Assembly: GCA_040222015.1 (NCBI GenBank)
Contig: JAVJWO010000061.1
Span: 1-31,658, forward strand
Direction of reading: 5' to 3'
Source: Coleofasciculus chthonoplastes F2-STO-03
GTDB taxonomy: Bacteria > Cyanobacteriota > Cyanobacteriia > Cyanobacteriales > Coleofasciculaceae
Length of the DNA: 31,658 bases
Shown here: piece after piece, positions 9,950 through 19,900 of the stretch
How the letters are laid out: each line of letters starts with the position of its first letter
Position numbering within the stretch: position 1 is the first letter of the stretch
The notes under the pieces: generated by a model
Told to the model about the DNA's origin: nothing
Database searches by the model: none
Seen by the model: the letters and a program-made list of their open reading frames with translations, nothing else
Position numbers and translations under genes: made by a program

Positions 9950-11932
9950 ATGACTGTACTGGAACAGGGAAAAATTACCATTCATACCGAGAATATCTTT
10001 CCCATTATCAAGAAGTCGCTCTACACCGACCACGAAATCTTCTTGCGGGAGTTAGTTTCTAACGCCGTGGACGCCATCCAGAAGCTGAAGATGGTGTCTT
10101 ACTCTGGGGAAGTGGATGGGGATGTGGGAGAACCGGAAATTACGATTTCCCTGGATAAAAATAATAAAACTCTCTCGGTTTCCGATAACGGGATTGGCAT
10201 GACCGTTGAGGAAGTGAAAAAATATATTAACCAAGTCGCCTTCTCTAGCGCCGAAGAGTTTATCCAGAAATACCAGAAAGACACCGACCAGCAGATTATC
10301 GGTCACTTCGGCTTGGGATTTTACTCCTGCTTCATGGTGGCACAGAAAGTGGAGATTGATACCCTCTCCTACCAAGCCGGGGCTGAGGCGGTACATTGGT
10401 CTTGTGATGGGTCCCCCCAGTTTGAACTGTCGGAATCCTCTCGCAAGGAACGGGGAACCACGATTACGCTGACGCTACAGGAGGAAGAGACCGAATATGT
10501 CGAACCCGCCCGGATTCGCCAACTGGTGAAAAAGTATTGCGACTTCATGCCCGTACCGATTAAGCTGGATGGGGAGGATCTCAACAAGCACCAGGCACTG
10601 TGGAAGCAATCGCCCCAGAATCTTAAGGATGAGGACTACTTAGAATTTTATCGCTATCTGTACCCGTTTCAGGAAGACCCCCTGCTGTGGGTGCATCTGA
10701 AGACGGATTATCCGTTTCTGTTAAATGGGATTCTCTATTTCCCCAAGCTGAAGCCGGATGTGGATGTGACCAAGGGTCATATCAAGTTATTCTGTAATCA
10801 GGTTTTTGTAAGTGACAACTGCGAAGAAGTTATTCCCAACTTCCTCATGCCCTTACGCGGCGTGATTGATAGTCCGGATATTCCCATCAATGTGTCCCGT
10901 TCCGCCCTGACGAATGACCGGACAGTGCGCCGGATTGCGGATTTTATCGCCAAGAAAATTGCTGACCGCCTCAACCAACTGTATACTGAGCAACGGCAAG
11001 ACTATATCCGCTGCTGGCAAGATGTGGGCACCTTTGTCAAGTTTGGGGCGTTGAATAATGATAAGTTCAAAAAGCAAGTCGAAGATATCATTATGTATCG
11101 CACCACCTATTCTGGGGAATCCCAAAGCCAAGCAGAGACACCGGAGGTAGAAGTGCAGTCGCAAGCAGACGATGCTTGGCAAGAGGTGAGTCCAGCCGCC
11201 GTGAATCAGGATGACCAAGGGCGAACCTATACGACGCTAAAAGCCTATTTAGAGCGCAACAAAGCCAAACACGAAAACCACGTCTTCTACTGCACCGACG
11301 AAGCCGCCCAAGCCACGTATGTGGAACTGCACAAGAATCAGGGGTTAGAAGTCCTCTATCTGGACTCGTTTATCGACACCCACTTTATCAGTTTCCTGGA
11401 ACAGGAATACTCTGATGTCAAGTTCTCGCGGGTCGATTCAGAGTTAGATAATACCCTGGTTGACCAAGACAAGGCGGCGGATATTGTTGACCCCAAAACC
11501 AATAAGACTCGTAGCGAACTGGTGAAGGAGTTATTTGAGAAAGCGATAAACAAGCCCAAGGTGAATGTGAAAACCCAGGCGCTGAAGTCCGATGATCCTC
11601 AAGGGACACCTCCCGCCATGGTACTGTTACCGGAAGCCATGCGACGGTTACAGGATATGACAGCTTTATTGCAGCAGCAAGCGGCGCAGTTTCCAGAGGA
11701 GCATATTTTAGTTGTGAATACGGCGCATCCCTTGATTCAGAACTTAGTCGAGATTAGTCAGGGGAGTATTGTCCAAGGGGTGGGTTCATCGCCGAGTGGG
11801 GAACTGGCAAGTCAAATTTGTCAACACGTCTATGATTTGGCATTAATGGCGCAACGAGGCTTTGACGCCAACGGAATGAAGGCGTTTGTGGAACGGTCAA
11901 ATCAGGTGTTGACGCGGTTGACAGCAAAATAG
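9950..11932 (+). CDS. htpG: Molecular chaperone HtpG (Hsp90)
   Basis: GHKL ATPase motifs FLRELVSNA, DNGIGM and IGHFGLGFYS, plus INVSRS; 660 aa. Confidence 0.97.
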   Translation: MTVLEQGKITIHTENIFPIIKKSLYTDHEIFLRELVSNAVDAIQKLKMVSYSGEVDGDVGEPEITISLDKNNKTLSVSDNGIGMTVEEVKKYINQVAFSSAEEFIQKYQKDTDQQIIGHFGLGFYSCFMVAQKVEIDTLSYQAGAEAVHWSCDGSPQFELSESSRKERGTTITLTLQEEETEYVEPARIRQLVKKYCDFMPVPIKLDGEDLNKHQALWKQSPQNLKDEDYLEFYRYLYPFQEDPLLWVHLKTDYPFLLNGILYFPKLKPDVDVTKGHIKLFCNQVFVSDNCEEVIPNFLMPLRGVIDSPDIPINVSRSALTNDRTVRRIADFIAKKIADRLNQLYTEQRQDYIRCWQDVGTFVKFGALNNDKFKKQVEDIIMYRTTYSGESQSQAETPEVEVQSQADDAWQEVSPAAVNQDDQGRTYTTLKAYLERNKAKHENHVFYCTDEAAQATYVELHKNQGLEVLYLDSFIDTHFISFLEQEYSDVKFSRVDSELDNTLVDQDKAADIVDPKTNKTRSELVKELFEKAINKPKVNVKTQALKSDDPQGTPPAMVLLPEAMRRLQDMTALLQQQAAQFPEEHILVVNTAHPLIQNLVEISQGSIVQGVGSSPSGELASQICQHVYDLALMAQRGFDANGMKAFVERSNQVLTRLTAK

Positions 11933-11974
11933 GGAAGGGATAAAGCTTTTTTAGTCAGTGAGGTACACACAGAG

Positions 11975-12006
11975 AGTCCCGACGTCTCTAAGACGTCGGG
12001 GCTTTT
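11975..12006 (+). terminator. Hairpin with T-tract after htpG, possible intrinsic terminator
   Basis: CCCGACGTCT-cta-AGACGTCGGG (11978-12000) followed by GCTTTT. Confidence 0.5.
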
Positions 12007-12183
12007 GCTTAGATAGATTGTCAACGTCAGCTCAAAGCCAGGGAAACAGGAGAAGGGGGGTATGATAAATGCACTTGCCCAGCCGGACATGATATAACTG
12101 ACTAGGATACATGAGATGAAATTTTTTGATATTTTACGTATTGTAAAATATTTGACTAAGTTCTTAATAATTTGAACGGACAG

Positions 12184-13134
12184 ATGTCTCTTGACTTTAC
12201 TTTAGCCATTCCCACTTATAATGGCGCTAACTGTTTGCCGAAGTTGCTAGATCAACTCCGACAGCAAATCGGTTTAGAACAGATTTCTTGGGAAATTATT
12301 GTTGTTGATAATAATAGTAGCGATAATACAGCCCAAGTGGTGCAGGAGTATCAAGCCACTTGGCTACCCGGTGTTCCCTTCAAGTACATTTTTGAACCGG
12401 AACAGGGCGCCGCTTTTGCTAGATTACGGGCGGTGCAAGAGGCGCAGGGGGAACTGATTGGATTTTTAGATGATGATAACTTACCTAATCCGGATTGGAT
12501 CGCCCAAGCTTATTTATTTGCCCAAGAACATCCCCAAGCCGGTGCATTTAGTGGACAAATTCATGGGGAGTTTGAAGTCGAACCGCCGGAAAATTTCCAG
12601 CGCATTCAAGCCTTTTTAGCCATTCGGGAACATGGTTCCACGCCTCATCAATTTGAGCCGCAAAACTTGAGATTACCACCTGCTGCTTCGTTAGTGGTGC
12701 GGAAAAAAGCCTGGTGTGAGAGTGTTCCGTCGCGTCCCACATTAACGGGTAAATTACCCGGGATGATGATACAGGGGGATGATTATGAACCCTTACTGTA
12801 TATGTATAAAGCCGGATGGGAAATTTGGTATCATCCCGATTTGCATACCTATCATCAAATACCACGCTGGCGCTTAGAACGGGATTATTTACTCTCTATT
12901 TCCCGGGGGTGTGGATTAGCGACATGTCAGCTACGGATGGTGAATGCTCAACCTTGGCAAAAACCGCTGATTGTTATTCGCAACTTTTTGGGTAGCTTAC
13001 GTCGAGTTGTTTTGCAGTTGCTCAAGTATCGGGGTCAATTAAATAATAATCTAATTGCGGCTTGTGAACTGGAATTTTTTTGGGGAAGTTTAATAAGTTC
13101 GTTTTTGGTTTTGAAACGCCGCCGATTAATATAA
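12184..13134 (+). CDS. HpsE-family GT2 glycosyltransferase, copy B
   Basis: AIPTYNG, VVDNNSSD, GFLDDDN and GDDYE motifs. The ATG at 12184 aligns with the start of copy A. Confidence 0.88.
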   Translation: MSLDFTLAIPTYNGANCLPKLLDQLRQQIGLEQISWEIIVVDNNSSDNTAQVVQEYQATWLPGVPFKYIFEPEQGAAFARLRAVQEAQGELIGFLDDDNLPNPDWIAQAYLFAQEHPQAGAFSGQIHGEFEVEPPENFQRIQAFLAIREHGSTPHQFEPQNLRLPPAASLVVRKKAWCESVPSRPTLTGKLPGMMIQGDDYEPLLYMYKAGWEIWYHPDLHTYHQIPRWRLERDYLLSISRGCGLATCQLRMVNAQPWQKPLIVIRNFLGSLRRVVLQLLKYRGQLNNNLIAACELEFFWGSLISSFLVLKRRRLI

Positions 13135-13154
13135 ATAAATCAGTCTGAAATATT

Positions 13155-14126
13155 ATGCCCATAATTTCAGTTATTATTCCTGCCTATAACGCTGAAAAAA
13201 CGATTAAAGAAACGATTGAATCTGTTTTAAATCAAACCGTAACAGATTTTGAGGTATTGGTGATTAATGATGGCTCTACAGATGGAACGCTGGACGTTAT
13301 TGCCGGGATAAAAGACGAACGTTTGCGGGTATTTTCCTATCCTCATGCTGGAGTAGCTACGACTCGTAATCGGGGACTTGCTCACGCGGTGGGAGAGTAT
13401 ATTTCTTTCCTCGATGCGGATGACTTGTGGACACCCGATAAACTTGAAGCCCAACTCAAGGCGTTACAAGAAAATCCCCAAGCGGCTGTAGCCTATAGCT
13501 GGACGGATTGGATTGATGAATTGAGACAATTTTTGCGAGCGGGGGGTTATATTACTGAAAATGGTCAGGTTTACGAAAAGTTGTTAGTCCGAGACTTTAT
13601 CGAAAGTGGCTCAAATCCCTTAATTCGCGCTGAAGCGTTTCAGAGTGTGGGGAAGTTTGATGAATCCTTGGAATTTTCAGAAGATTGGGATATGTGGTTG
13701 CGCCTAGCGGCTTGCTATGAGTTTGTCGCGGTGCCATCGGCTCAAATTTTATATCGAATTTCTCCGAATTCTGCCTCGTTTAATGTTTGGAAAATGGAAG
13801 CTGGAAGTTTGCGTGTGCTAGAAAAAGCTTGGGCGCAAGCCCCGCCAACGACGCCTAACCTGAAACGGAAAATCCTGGCAAATCGTTACCAGTATTTGAC
13901 GTTGAAAGCCTTGGATGGACAGTTAGAACGGTGCAAAGGATTCGTGGCGATTCGGTTTTTCGGGCAAGCGATTATCCATGACCTGACTTGGCTGCGACGA
14001 GGAAAGCTGATGGGAATTATTCTATTAAAAATAGGATTAGCAACGTTATTACCCAGAGAACAGGCTCAAGGGATACGAAAACGGTTGCAAAGCTTTCGCT
14101 CTAAACATGCATCTGTAAAAATCTAA
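13155..14126 (+). CDS. Glycosyltransferase family 2
   Basis: ISVIIPAYN, INDGSTD, FLDADD and EDWDMWLR motifs. Confidence 0.92.
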   Translation: MPIISVIIPAYNAEKTIKETIESVLNQTVTDFEVLVINDGSTDGTLDVIAGIKDERLRVFSYPHAGVATTRNRGLAHAVGEYISFLDADDLWTPDKLEAQLKALQENPQAAVAYSWTDWIDELRQFLRAGGYITENGQVYEKLLVRDFIESGSNPLIRAEAFQSVGKFDESLEFSEDWDMWLRLAACYEFVAVPSAQILYRISPNSASFNVWKMEAGSLRVLEKAWAQAPPTTPNLKRKILANRYQYLTLKALDGQLERCKGFVAIRFFGQAIIHDLTWLRRGKLMGIILLKIGLATLLPREQAQGIRKRLQSFRSKHASVKI

Positions 14127-14264
14127 CCTCTTATATGATTATACCCTATCCGCCTAAACAGTTATCCTTTCGACCTTGCCACCTGAGTTGTTCCCTTCTA
14201 GCCTCTGCCCTGGAGCCTTTTGCTATAAATGTGCTTGAATGGAAGTGAGAATCCAGTTTGACCC

Positions 14265-15017
14265 ATGAATCAGGATAAAGTCCAACAAATTCAAGATGAT
14301 GAATATGATTTCCCTTATCATCATATTCCCCATTATAAAAAAGTCTTCTCCCAATGCTTTAACTGGTCTTGGGGAATCAATTATGTGGCAACCATTGAAT
14401 TTCTGCGGGATCAGCTAAAACAGGAGACGTTTGAGTCCTTAGTCGATGTCGGTTGTGGTGACGGCAGACTGGTGAAGGAATTGCGCCAAGACTTTCCATC
14501 CAAGCGAGTTGAAGGAATTGATTATTCCCAGAAAGCCATCACCTTGGCAAACTTAATGGATAGTCAGGGAAGTTATCATTGTGTGGATATTCTACAGAAG
14601 GATTTTGATCAAACCTATGATATTGCTCTCCTGATTGAAGTGTTTGAACATATTTCTCCTGATAACGGAAATGCTTTTTTAGAAGCGGTGACGCATTTAC
14701 TGAATCCAGGCGGAATTCTTTTGTTAACGGTTCCTCATAGTAATGTCCCGGTTGAAGCAAAGCATTACAGGCACTTTTCGGTAAAAACGATATCAAGTTG
14801 CTTAAATCCCTACTTTGAGATCCTGGACATAATTCCTTTTGAACGAAAAAGTAAGCGCAAGGAGTGGCTGGATTTACTTCTCGCCAATAAACTGTTTATT
14901 CTTAATAGTGGTCGGCTGAAAAATATTATCTATGATTATTACAAAAATAATTTATTTTCTGTTGAGACAGAAGACGTTTGCCAACGCCTCTATATCAAGG
15001 CAAAGTTAAACCATTAA
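14265..15017 (+). CDS. Class I SAM-dependent methyltransferase
   Basis: VDVGCGDG, GIDYS, EVFEHI and LLNPGGILLLTVP motifs. Confidence 0.9.
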   Translation: MNQDKVQQIQDDEYDFPYHHIPHYKKVFSQCFNWSWGINYVATIEFLRDQLKQETFESLVDVGCGDGRLVKELRQDFPSKRVEGIDYSQKAITLANLMDSQGSYHCVDILQKDFDQTYDIALLIEVFEHISPDNGNAFLEAVTHLLNPGGILLLTVPHSNVPVEAKHYRHFSVKTISSCLNPYFEILDIIPFERKSKRKEWLDLLLANKLFILNSGRLKNIIYDYYKNNLFSVETEDVCQRLYIKAKLNH

Positions 15018-15041
15018 AATCCTATCATTCATCAGACAGCC

Positions 15042-16025
15042 ATGAGCTTAATTTCGGTAATTATTCCTGTCTACAATGGTGCCGATACGATAGAAGAGAC
15101 CATTCAATCGGTTTTCAATCAAACCTTTTCTGATTTTGAACTCATCGTAATCAATGATGGCTCTAAGGATTCTACCCTAGATATTTTATCACAGATAAAG
15201 GATTCGCGACTCAAGGTATTTTCCTATCCGAATGCCGGTCAACCTGCCAGCCGCAATCGAGGTATTTCCCAGGCAACGGGGGACTATATTTCCTTTCTTG
15301 ACGCCGATGACCTATGGCGTGCTGATAAACTGGAAATGCAGTTTCAAGCCTTGCAGGATAATCCCCAAGCGGCGGTAGCGTATAGTTGGACGGATTGGAT
15401 TGATCAATCGGGTCAGGTTTTCCGGAAAGGGCCTCATTTTAATTACAGTGGGGATGTATTAAGTCGGTTATTTTTAAATGATTTTATCGGCAGTGGTTCC
15501 AATCCTTTAATCCGCAAACAGGCGTTATTGGATGTGGGCAAATTTGATGAATCACTGAGTAATGCCCATGATTGGGATATGTGGTTACGATTGGCAGCGC
15601 GATATCCTTTTGTGGCGGTTCCGTCTGTGCATATTCTCTATCGAATTTCAGCCAACTCGATGTCATTTAATATTTGGGGGATGGAAGCGTCAAGTTTGCA
15701 GGTGATTGACAAAGCCGTAACGAATGCGCCGGATTCTCTGCAAAGTCTCAAGCCAATTTCTTTGGGAAATCGGTATAAATATCTGACGGGTAAAGCCTTA
15801 GAAGGGAGGTTAGAACGGTCAAGAAGTTGGGCAGCTAGCCGATTTCTCTGGCAAGCAATTCGACATGATCCGTCATTACTACGCGGGCGGGTTTTGGTGA
15901 AAGTGATGATGAAAATTGCCCTTGGTACAATGTTACCTCCACAGACGGCTCAGGTCTGGGTGAGGAAACTGGGTAAGTTGGCAGATATTCAAGCGTTATA
16001 CGGCTATATGAAATTTGAGTCTTAA
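15042..16025 (+). CDS. Glycosyltransferase family 2
   Basis: ISVIIPVYNG, INDGSKD, FLDADD and HDWDMWLR motifs; paralogue of 13155-14126. Confidence 0.92.
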   Translation: MSLISVIIPVYNGADTIEETIQSVFNQTFSDFELIVINDGSKDSTLDILSQIKDSRLKVFSYPNAGQPASRNRGISQATGDYISFLDADDLWRADKLEMQFQALQDNPQAAVAYSWTDWIDQSGQVFRKGPHFNYSGDVLSRLFLNDFIGSGSNPLIRKQALLDVGKFDESLSNAHDWDMWLRLAARYPFVAVPSVHILYRISANSMSFNIWGMEASSLQVIDKAVTNAPDSLQSLKPISLGNRYKYLTGKALEGRLERSRSWAASRFLWQAIRHDPSLLRGRVLVKVMMKIALGTMLPPQTAQVWVRKLGKLADIQALYGYMKFES

Positions 16026-16039
16026 TTATCAGTTATCCT

Positions 16040-16277
16040 GGTTCTGGCGATTGGAAATCGCAGCTATACAAACCAAGTCCGCCTGCGCGGACTAACAGAA
16101 TCAAGACTTACACACAATGGAGTACCCGCCTAACCCACGATGGCGGCGTGGCACACCTAATTTGATGGATTAGATTCGGCTTGTAGTAAGGGATGCGAGC
16201 CCTATCTTTTGTTGGGTTTCCTGCGTCAACCCAACCTACAACCTATTCCACAATTTTAGCTGGGTCACGCCACTAGA
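16040..16277. repeat. Cluster of short palindromic repeats, possibly a MITE remnant
   Basis: GCGATT/AATCGC and AGTCCGC/GCGGACT hairpins, a TTGGGTT..AACCCAA-CCTAC REP, and imperfect inverted ends at about 16140 (GGCGTGGCACACCTAA) and 16255-16276 (TTAGCTGGGTCACGCC). Confidence 0.5.
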
Positions 16278-16315
16278 TTATGATGGAGAGCAGACTATAC
16301 TCTGGAGGATTACTC

Positions 16316-16552
16316 ATGTCGCGCAAATGCCAACTCACAGGGAAAAAGGCGAATAATGCCTACGCGATTTCTCACTCTCACCGCCGCACGAAGAAGCTGC
16401 AAGAAGCCAATCTGCAATGGAAGCGGGTTTGGTGGCAAGAGGGCAATCGTTGGGTGAAACTGAGACTTTCGACGAAGGCGATTAAAACCCTAGAGAAAAA
16501 GGGATTGCAAGTCATGGCAAAAGAGGCAGGGATTAATCTGAATAATTATTAA
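16316..16552 (+). CDS. rpmB: 50S ribosomal protein L28
   Basis: [39 protein letters not shown] ribosome-binding site at 16304-16308. Confidence 0.97.
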   Translation: MSRKCQLTGKKANNAYAISHSHRRTKKLQEANLQWKRVWWQEGNRWVKLRLSTKAIKTLEKKGLQVMAKEAGINLNNY

Positions 16553-16569
16553 TAGACCGGAAAAGCAAG

Positions 16570-16630
16570 GTAGGGGCTTGGGAACTAAGCTCCTACTTTG
16601 TTCCCAAAACATTGGTTTCCAAGCCCCTAC
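16570..16630. repeat. GTAG REP-like inverted repeat downstream of rpmB
   Basis: GTAGGGGCTTGG (16570) ... CCAAGCCCCTAC (16619-16630). Confidence 0.75.
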
Positions 16631-16968
16631 CACCGATACATCAGGAAAAGGGTGATCGGTTTTCCGGTCAAAGTGGGTAGAGTAACTAATAGGAGCTTGC
16701 TAACGAAGGGTTTGCTAAATTTAAACTAGAGTGTCAGGCAGGACTGGTGGTTGAGTCTGGCTGCACGATAAATCTACCAGCAGAGGGAACATAAGGCTCA
16801 ATCTTTATCTCAAACTTACAGGTAGGGATGGGGCTAATCCGGAACACTTAGTTCGATAGTTGAAGGACTGCTGGTTTAGCGCCCTGCCTGAAGACGACTC
16901 ACTAGGATTGTCACCCTAGGTCTTTATCATTTAATTCCCAACCGTCCCAGTTTGACAGGAAATCTGCC

Positions 16969-19900
16969 ATGTCAATCCCGAAGAAGCTAATCAACCTACT
17001 CCAACGTCTGTGTCACCAAACCGCGAAACTAATCCGCTCAACCAATAAACGGGTGATGAGTTGGCTGTTGCGTCGCTTAATCATGATGCGCCATCAGCTA
17101 CGCCCAGCTAATAGCGGGTTTGTACTGCCGACCGTGGTAATGGTGATCATTGTGGTGACACTGTTGAGTACGGCGATTGTCTTTCGTTCCTTTGACCGGG
17201 CAAAAAATGCCCAGAATGTCCGGGTGAATGAGCGAGTTCTAGCCGCTGCAGGACCGGCGATTGACCGCGCCCAGGCAAAAATTCAGGCGTTGTTGGCAGA
17301 TCCCACCCTGCCGAGAGGAACACCCACCGACCAGGCATTGTACCAGGCGATGACAGGCAGTCTGAATCAGTATACTTTGGGAGATGAAACACCCCTGAGA
17401 TTGGTTCAGGAATTTAATGGACAGCCAAATATTCAAGAGTCTCTGACAACAGAGTTAAACAATTTGGAATCTCTAGACACAGCATGGAGATTTCCCGTTG
17501 ATACGGATAATAATGGAAAGTTTGATAGCTATACGCTTTACGGGCTTTACTTTCGGAATCCGACCCCAGGAACTGAGCGAGACAGAAGCCCCTTGGAAGC
17601 CCGGAGTACGCCCATGGACAATGCCACAGCCGGGAATGCTTGCGGAACTGGGACGTCAGCGAGTTTAGTTGGGAATACGGGGTGGTATAAAACATCGGAT
17701 GGGAATCTGAAGAAAAGTTTCTTTGTTTTTGCGGCAACAGTACCGATTGAGGAGCCTCCTGGCAATGATTACGAAAAGTATAAGGGCAATCAAGGCTTTG
17801 CCGCACTAGAGTACCAACAAGACCGAGCCCGTATCCCTCTGACGAATAACGCGGTTGTCTATCAAGATGACTTGGAGATCACGCCAGGTGCTGGGATTTT
17901 TCTCAACGGGCGGATCATGACTAACGGCAACTTTTTTGTCGGTCAAAGGAGTAACGATGTTCGTTTCTTTCAGGTCAGTAGCATCAACTCTTGCTTCTAC
18001 AACGAGGATAATGGCAAGATTACGGTAGGCGGTAATTTAAAGGTTGGTAGCGTCAACCCCACGGGGGCTAGTGGCGCCGTAACGGTGGATTTGTTCAAAG
18101 TCGGAGCAGCACCGACTAATGGCATGGGCAACTTAAGCGATACTGAGTCATCGGTGTCTGGCACAGCGCCTAAAACCAGCTACAACAGTAAGGCTTATGC
18201 CGCCCGGATCGATGATCTGGTCACCAAAGCTGTAGCTCAAAACAAAATACCTGATGAAGTTACCCAAAAAATCAGCCTGAATCCGAGTCTGACTCAGCAA
18301 GAAGCGCTTCAAGCTTATTTTGAACAGCGAACTCGTCAGGTACCATTTGCTGAAGTACCAGACACTAATCCTGATCCGTTAACAGGTGCAGGATTGCAAG
18401 GAACAGTCGCCGCTAATGATATCCGACCCCCGGACAATTGGATTTATCCAGCTAACCTGACTACCGGTGCGAGTAATACGGGTCTGACCCTGAATAAGGC
18501 TCAGCCACCAGCGACTGATCCAGCTCTGAGAGGTGCTGATGAAGATCGACTCGGCGATCGCATTCAGGTGGGGAATGGTTTACCCGCTCAGTGGTGGGAC
18601 CCAGATACCCAGCAGTTTGTTGATTTCTATGATCAAGTTCCCCAACCTGTGGATGGGAGTACAAGTCAATCGACAACTTGGACAGGGAGCAGCGATTATC
18701 GCACCCGCATGACCCAGGTTATTCCCCTGTCTGATTTAGGGGACACAGAACGAGATGGGTTCTGGGAACAAAAAGCGGCAGAAGCTCCTGTACAACCCTT
18801 GGATGGGGTTGGGGGTTTGCGCGTGGTTACCGGAGCTGGGATTTACGTTCCGGATGCTATTGCTACTCCTCCTACTCCGGCTTCTTTCTTGCCCCGACCT
18901 AGTTCTCCTGTGGCTGACGATCTATCAACTTGGCAGGACGAATCTGGGTTTAGGGTAGTTTTACCGGATTCAATGCCAATGTGGGACGATACGAATAATA
19001 ATGGTACTCCTGACGCTACTGACGAAAGAGGCGACTTGCTGATGCGGGCGACTGCCGTCTATCACTACCGGGATGACGATGGTGACAATCAGGGTGACTA
19101 TCAAGAGCCTATTGCCTGTGTCAGCAGCTACTATGACCCCAGTACGCCGACCACAGCGATTAATCGGGTAGGACTACCAAATATTAGTTTAAGAAATCGC
19201 CCGCCAGAGCCGCCTAGACCTTTTCCAATCAATAATGTCGTAGCCGGAGGTCTATCGAACAATGGCGTCAGCTATCCGCCTCCAACCACCGCGTCAAGCC
19301 TATCATTTGGTCAGAGTATTCCGGGATATCCAGGTGGGGGTGCTGGTGCTGGTGTATTTCCGACCCCTAATCCACCAGGTACTGGGTCTTTGGGCACTCA
19401 ATTAGCCTATCAAGCCAACCTCGTTTTCCCCAATGGGCGCTTAGTCAACCAGCCACTTCATGATGCTCTAGTTAAAAAGAAGAACGAAAATGCTAACAAC
19501 ACACTGACCCTGGCTGAGCAAGGGGCGATTGATTCGGCTATCTGCGCCCTGCAAATTTGGGACGGTACGCTAACTCCTAGTGATGCCGTTATCCCCCACG
19601 GCACGATCTACGAAACGACCTTTTTAGATGCTAAACAAGTCAAGGGGATTGAGTCGGAATCCCCTGCTAGTGGTCCTACCGCCGACTATGATCTTGCTCT
19701 AGAAGAACGCCAGCCGCTAGAAATTCGGGCAACAGTACTGGATCTCGATTTACTGCGGCGAAGAGAGATTACTGGCACTAATACGACGGTTCCAGCACCT
19801 GAGTACCTTTTACCAGACAGTGGAATTATCTACGCCACTCGTGATGATGCACTGCCGGATCTGAGTACTCCCACAAATGCAACCGGACAACCCAACGTAA

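Noticed and set aside
16780..16800. GGGAACAT as a SigJ/SigF-type promoter for hpsA
   Set aside because: A short degenerate match that cannot be supported without TSS data.
16726..16900. Rod-like fold as 6S RNA
   Set aside because: The size fits, but I recognise no cyanobacterial 6S sequence motifs. Kept only as an unassigned structured region.
5841..18553. Apparent lack of HIP1 sites as proof of horizontal transfer
   Set aside because: Counted by eye, overall density is low, and the gap includes the native genes htpG and rpmB.
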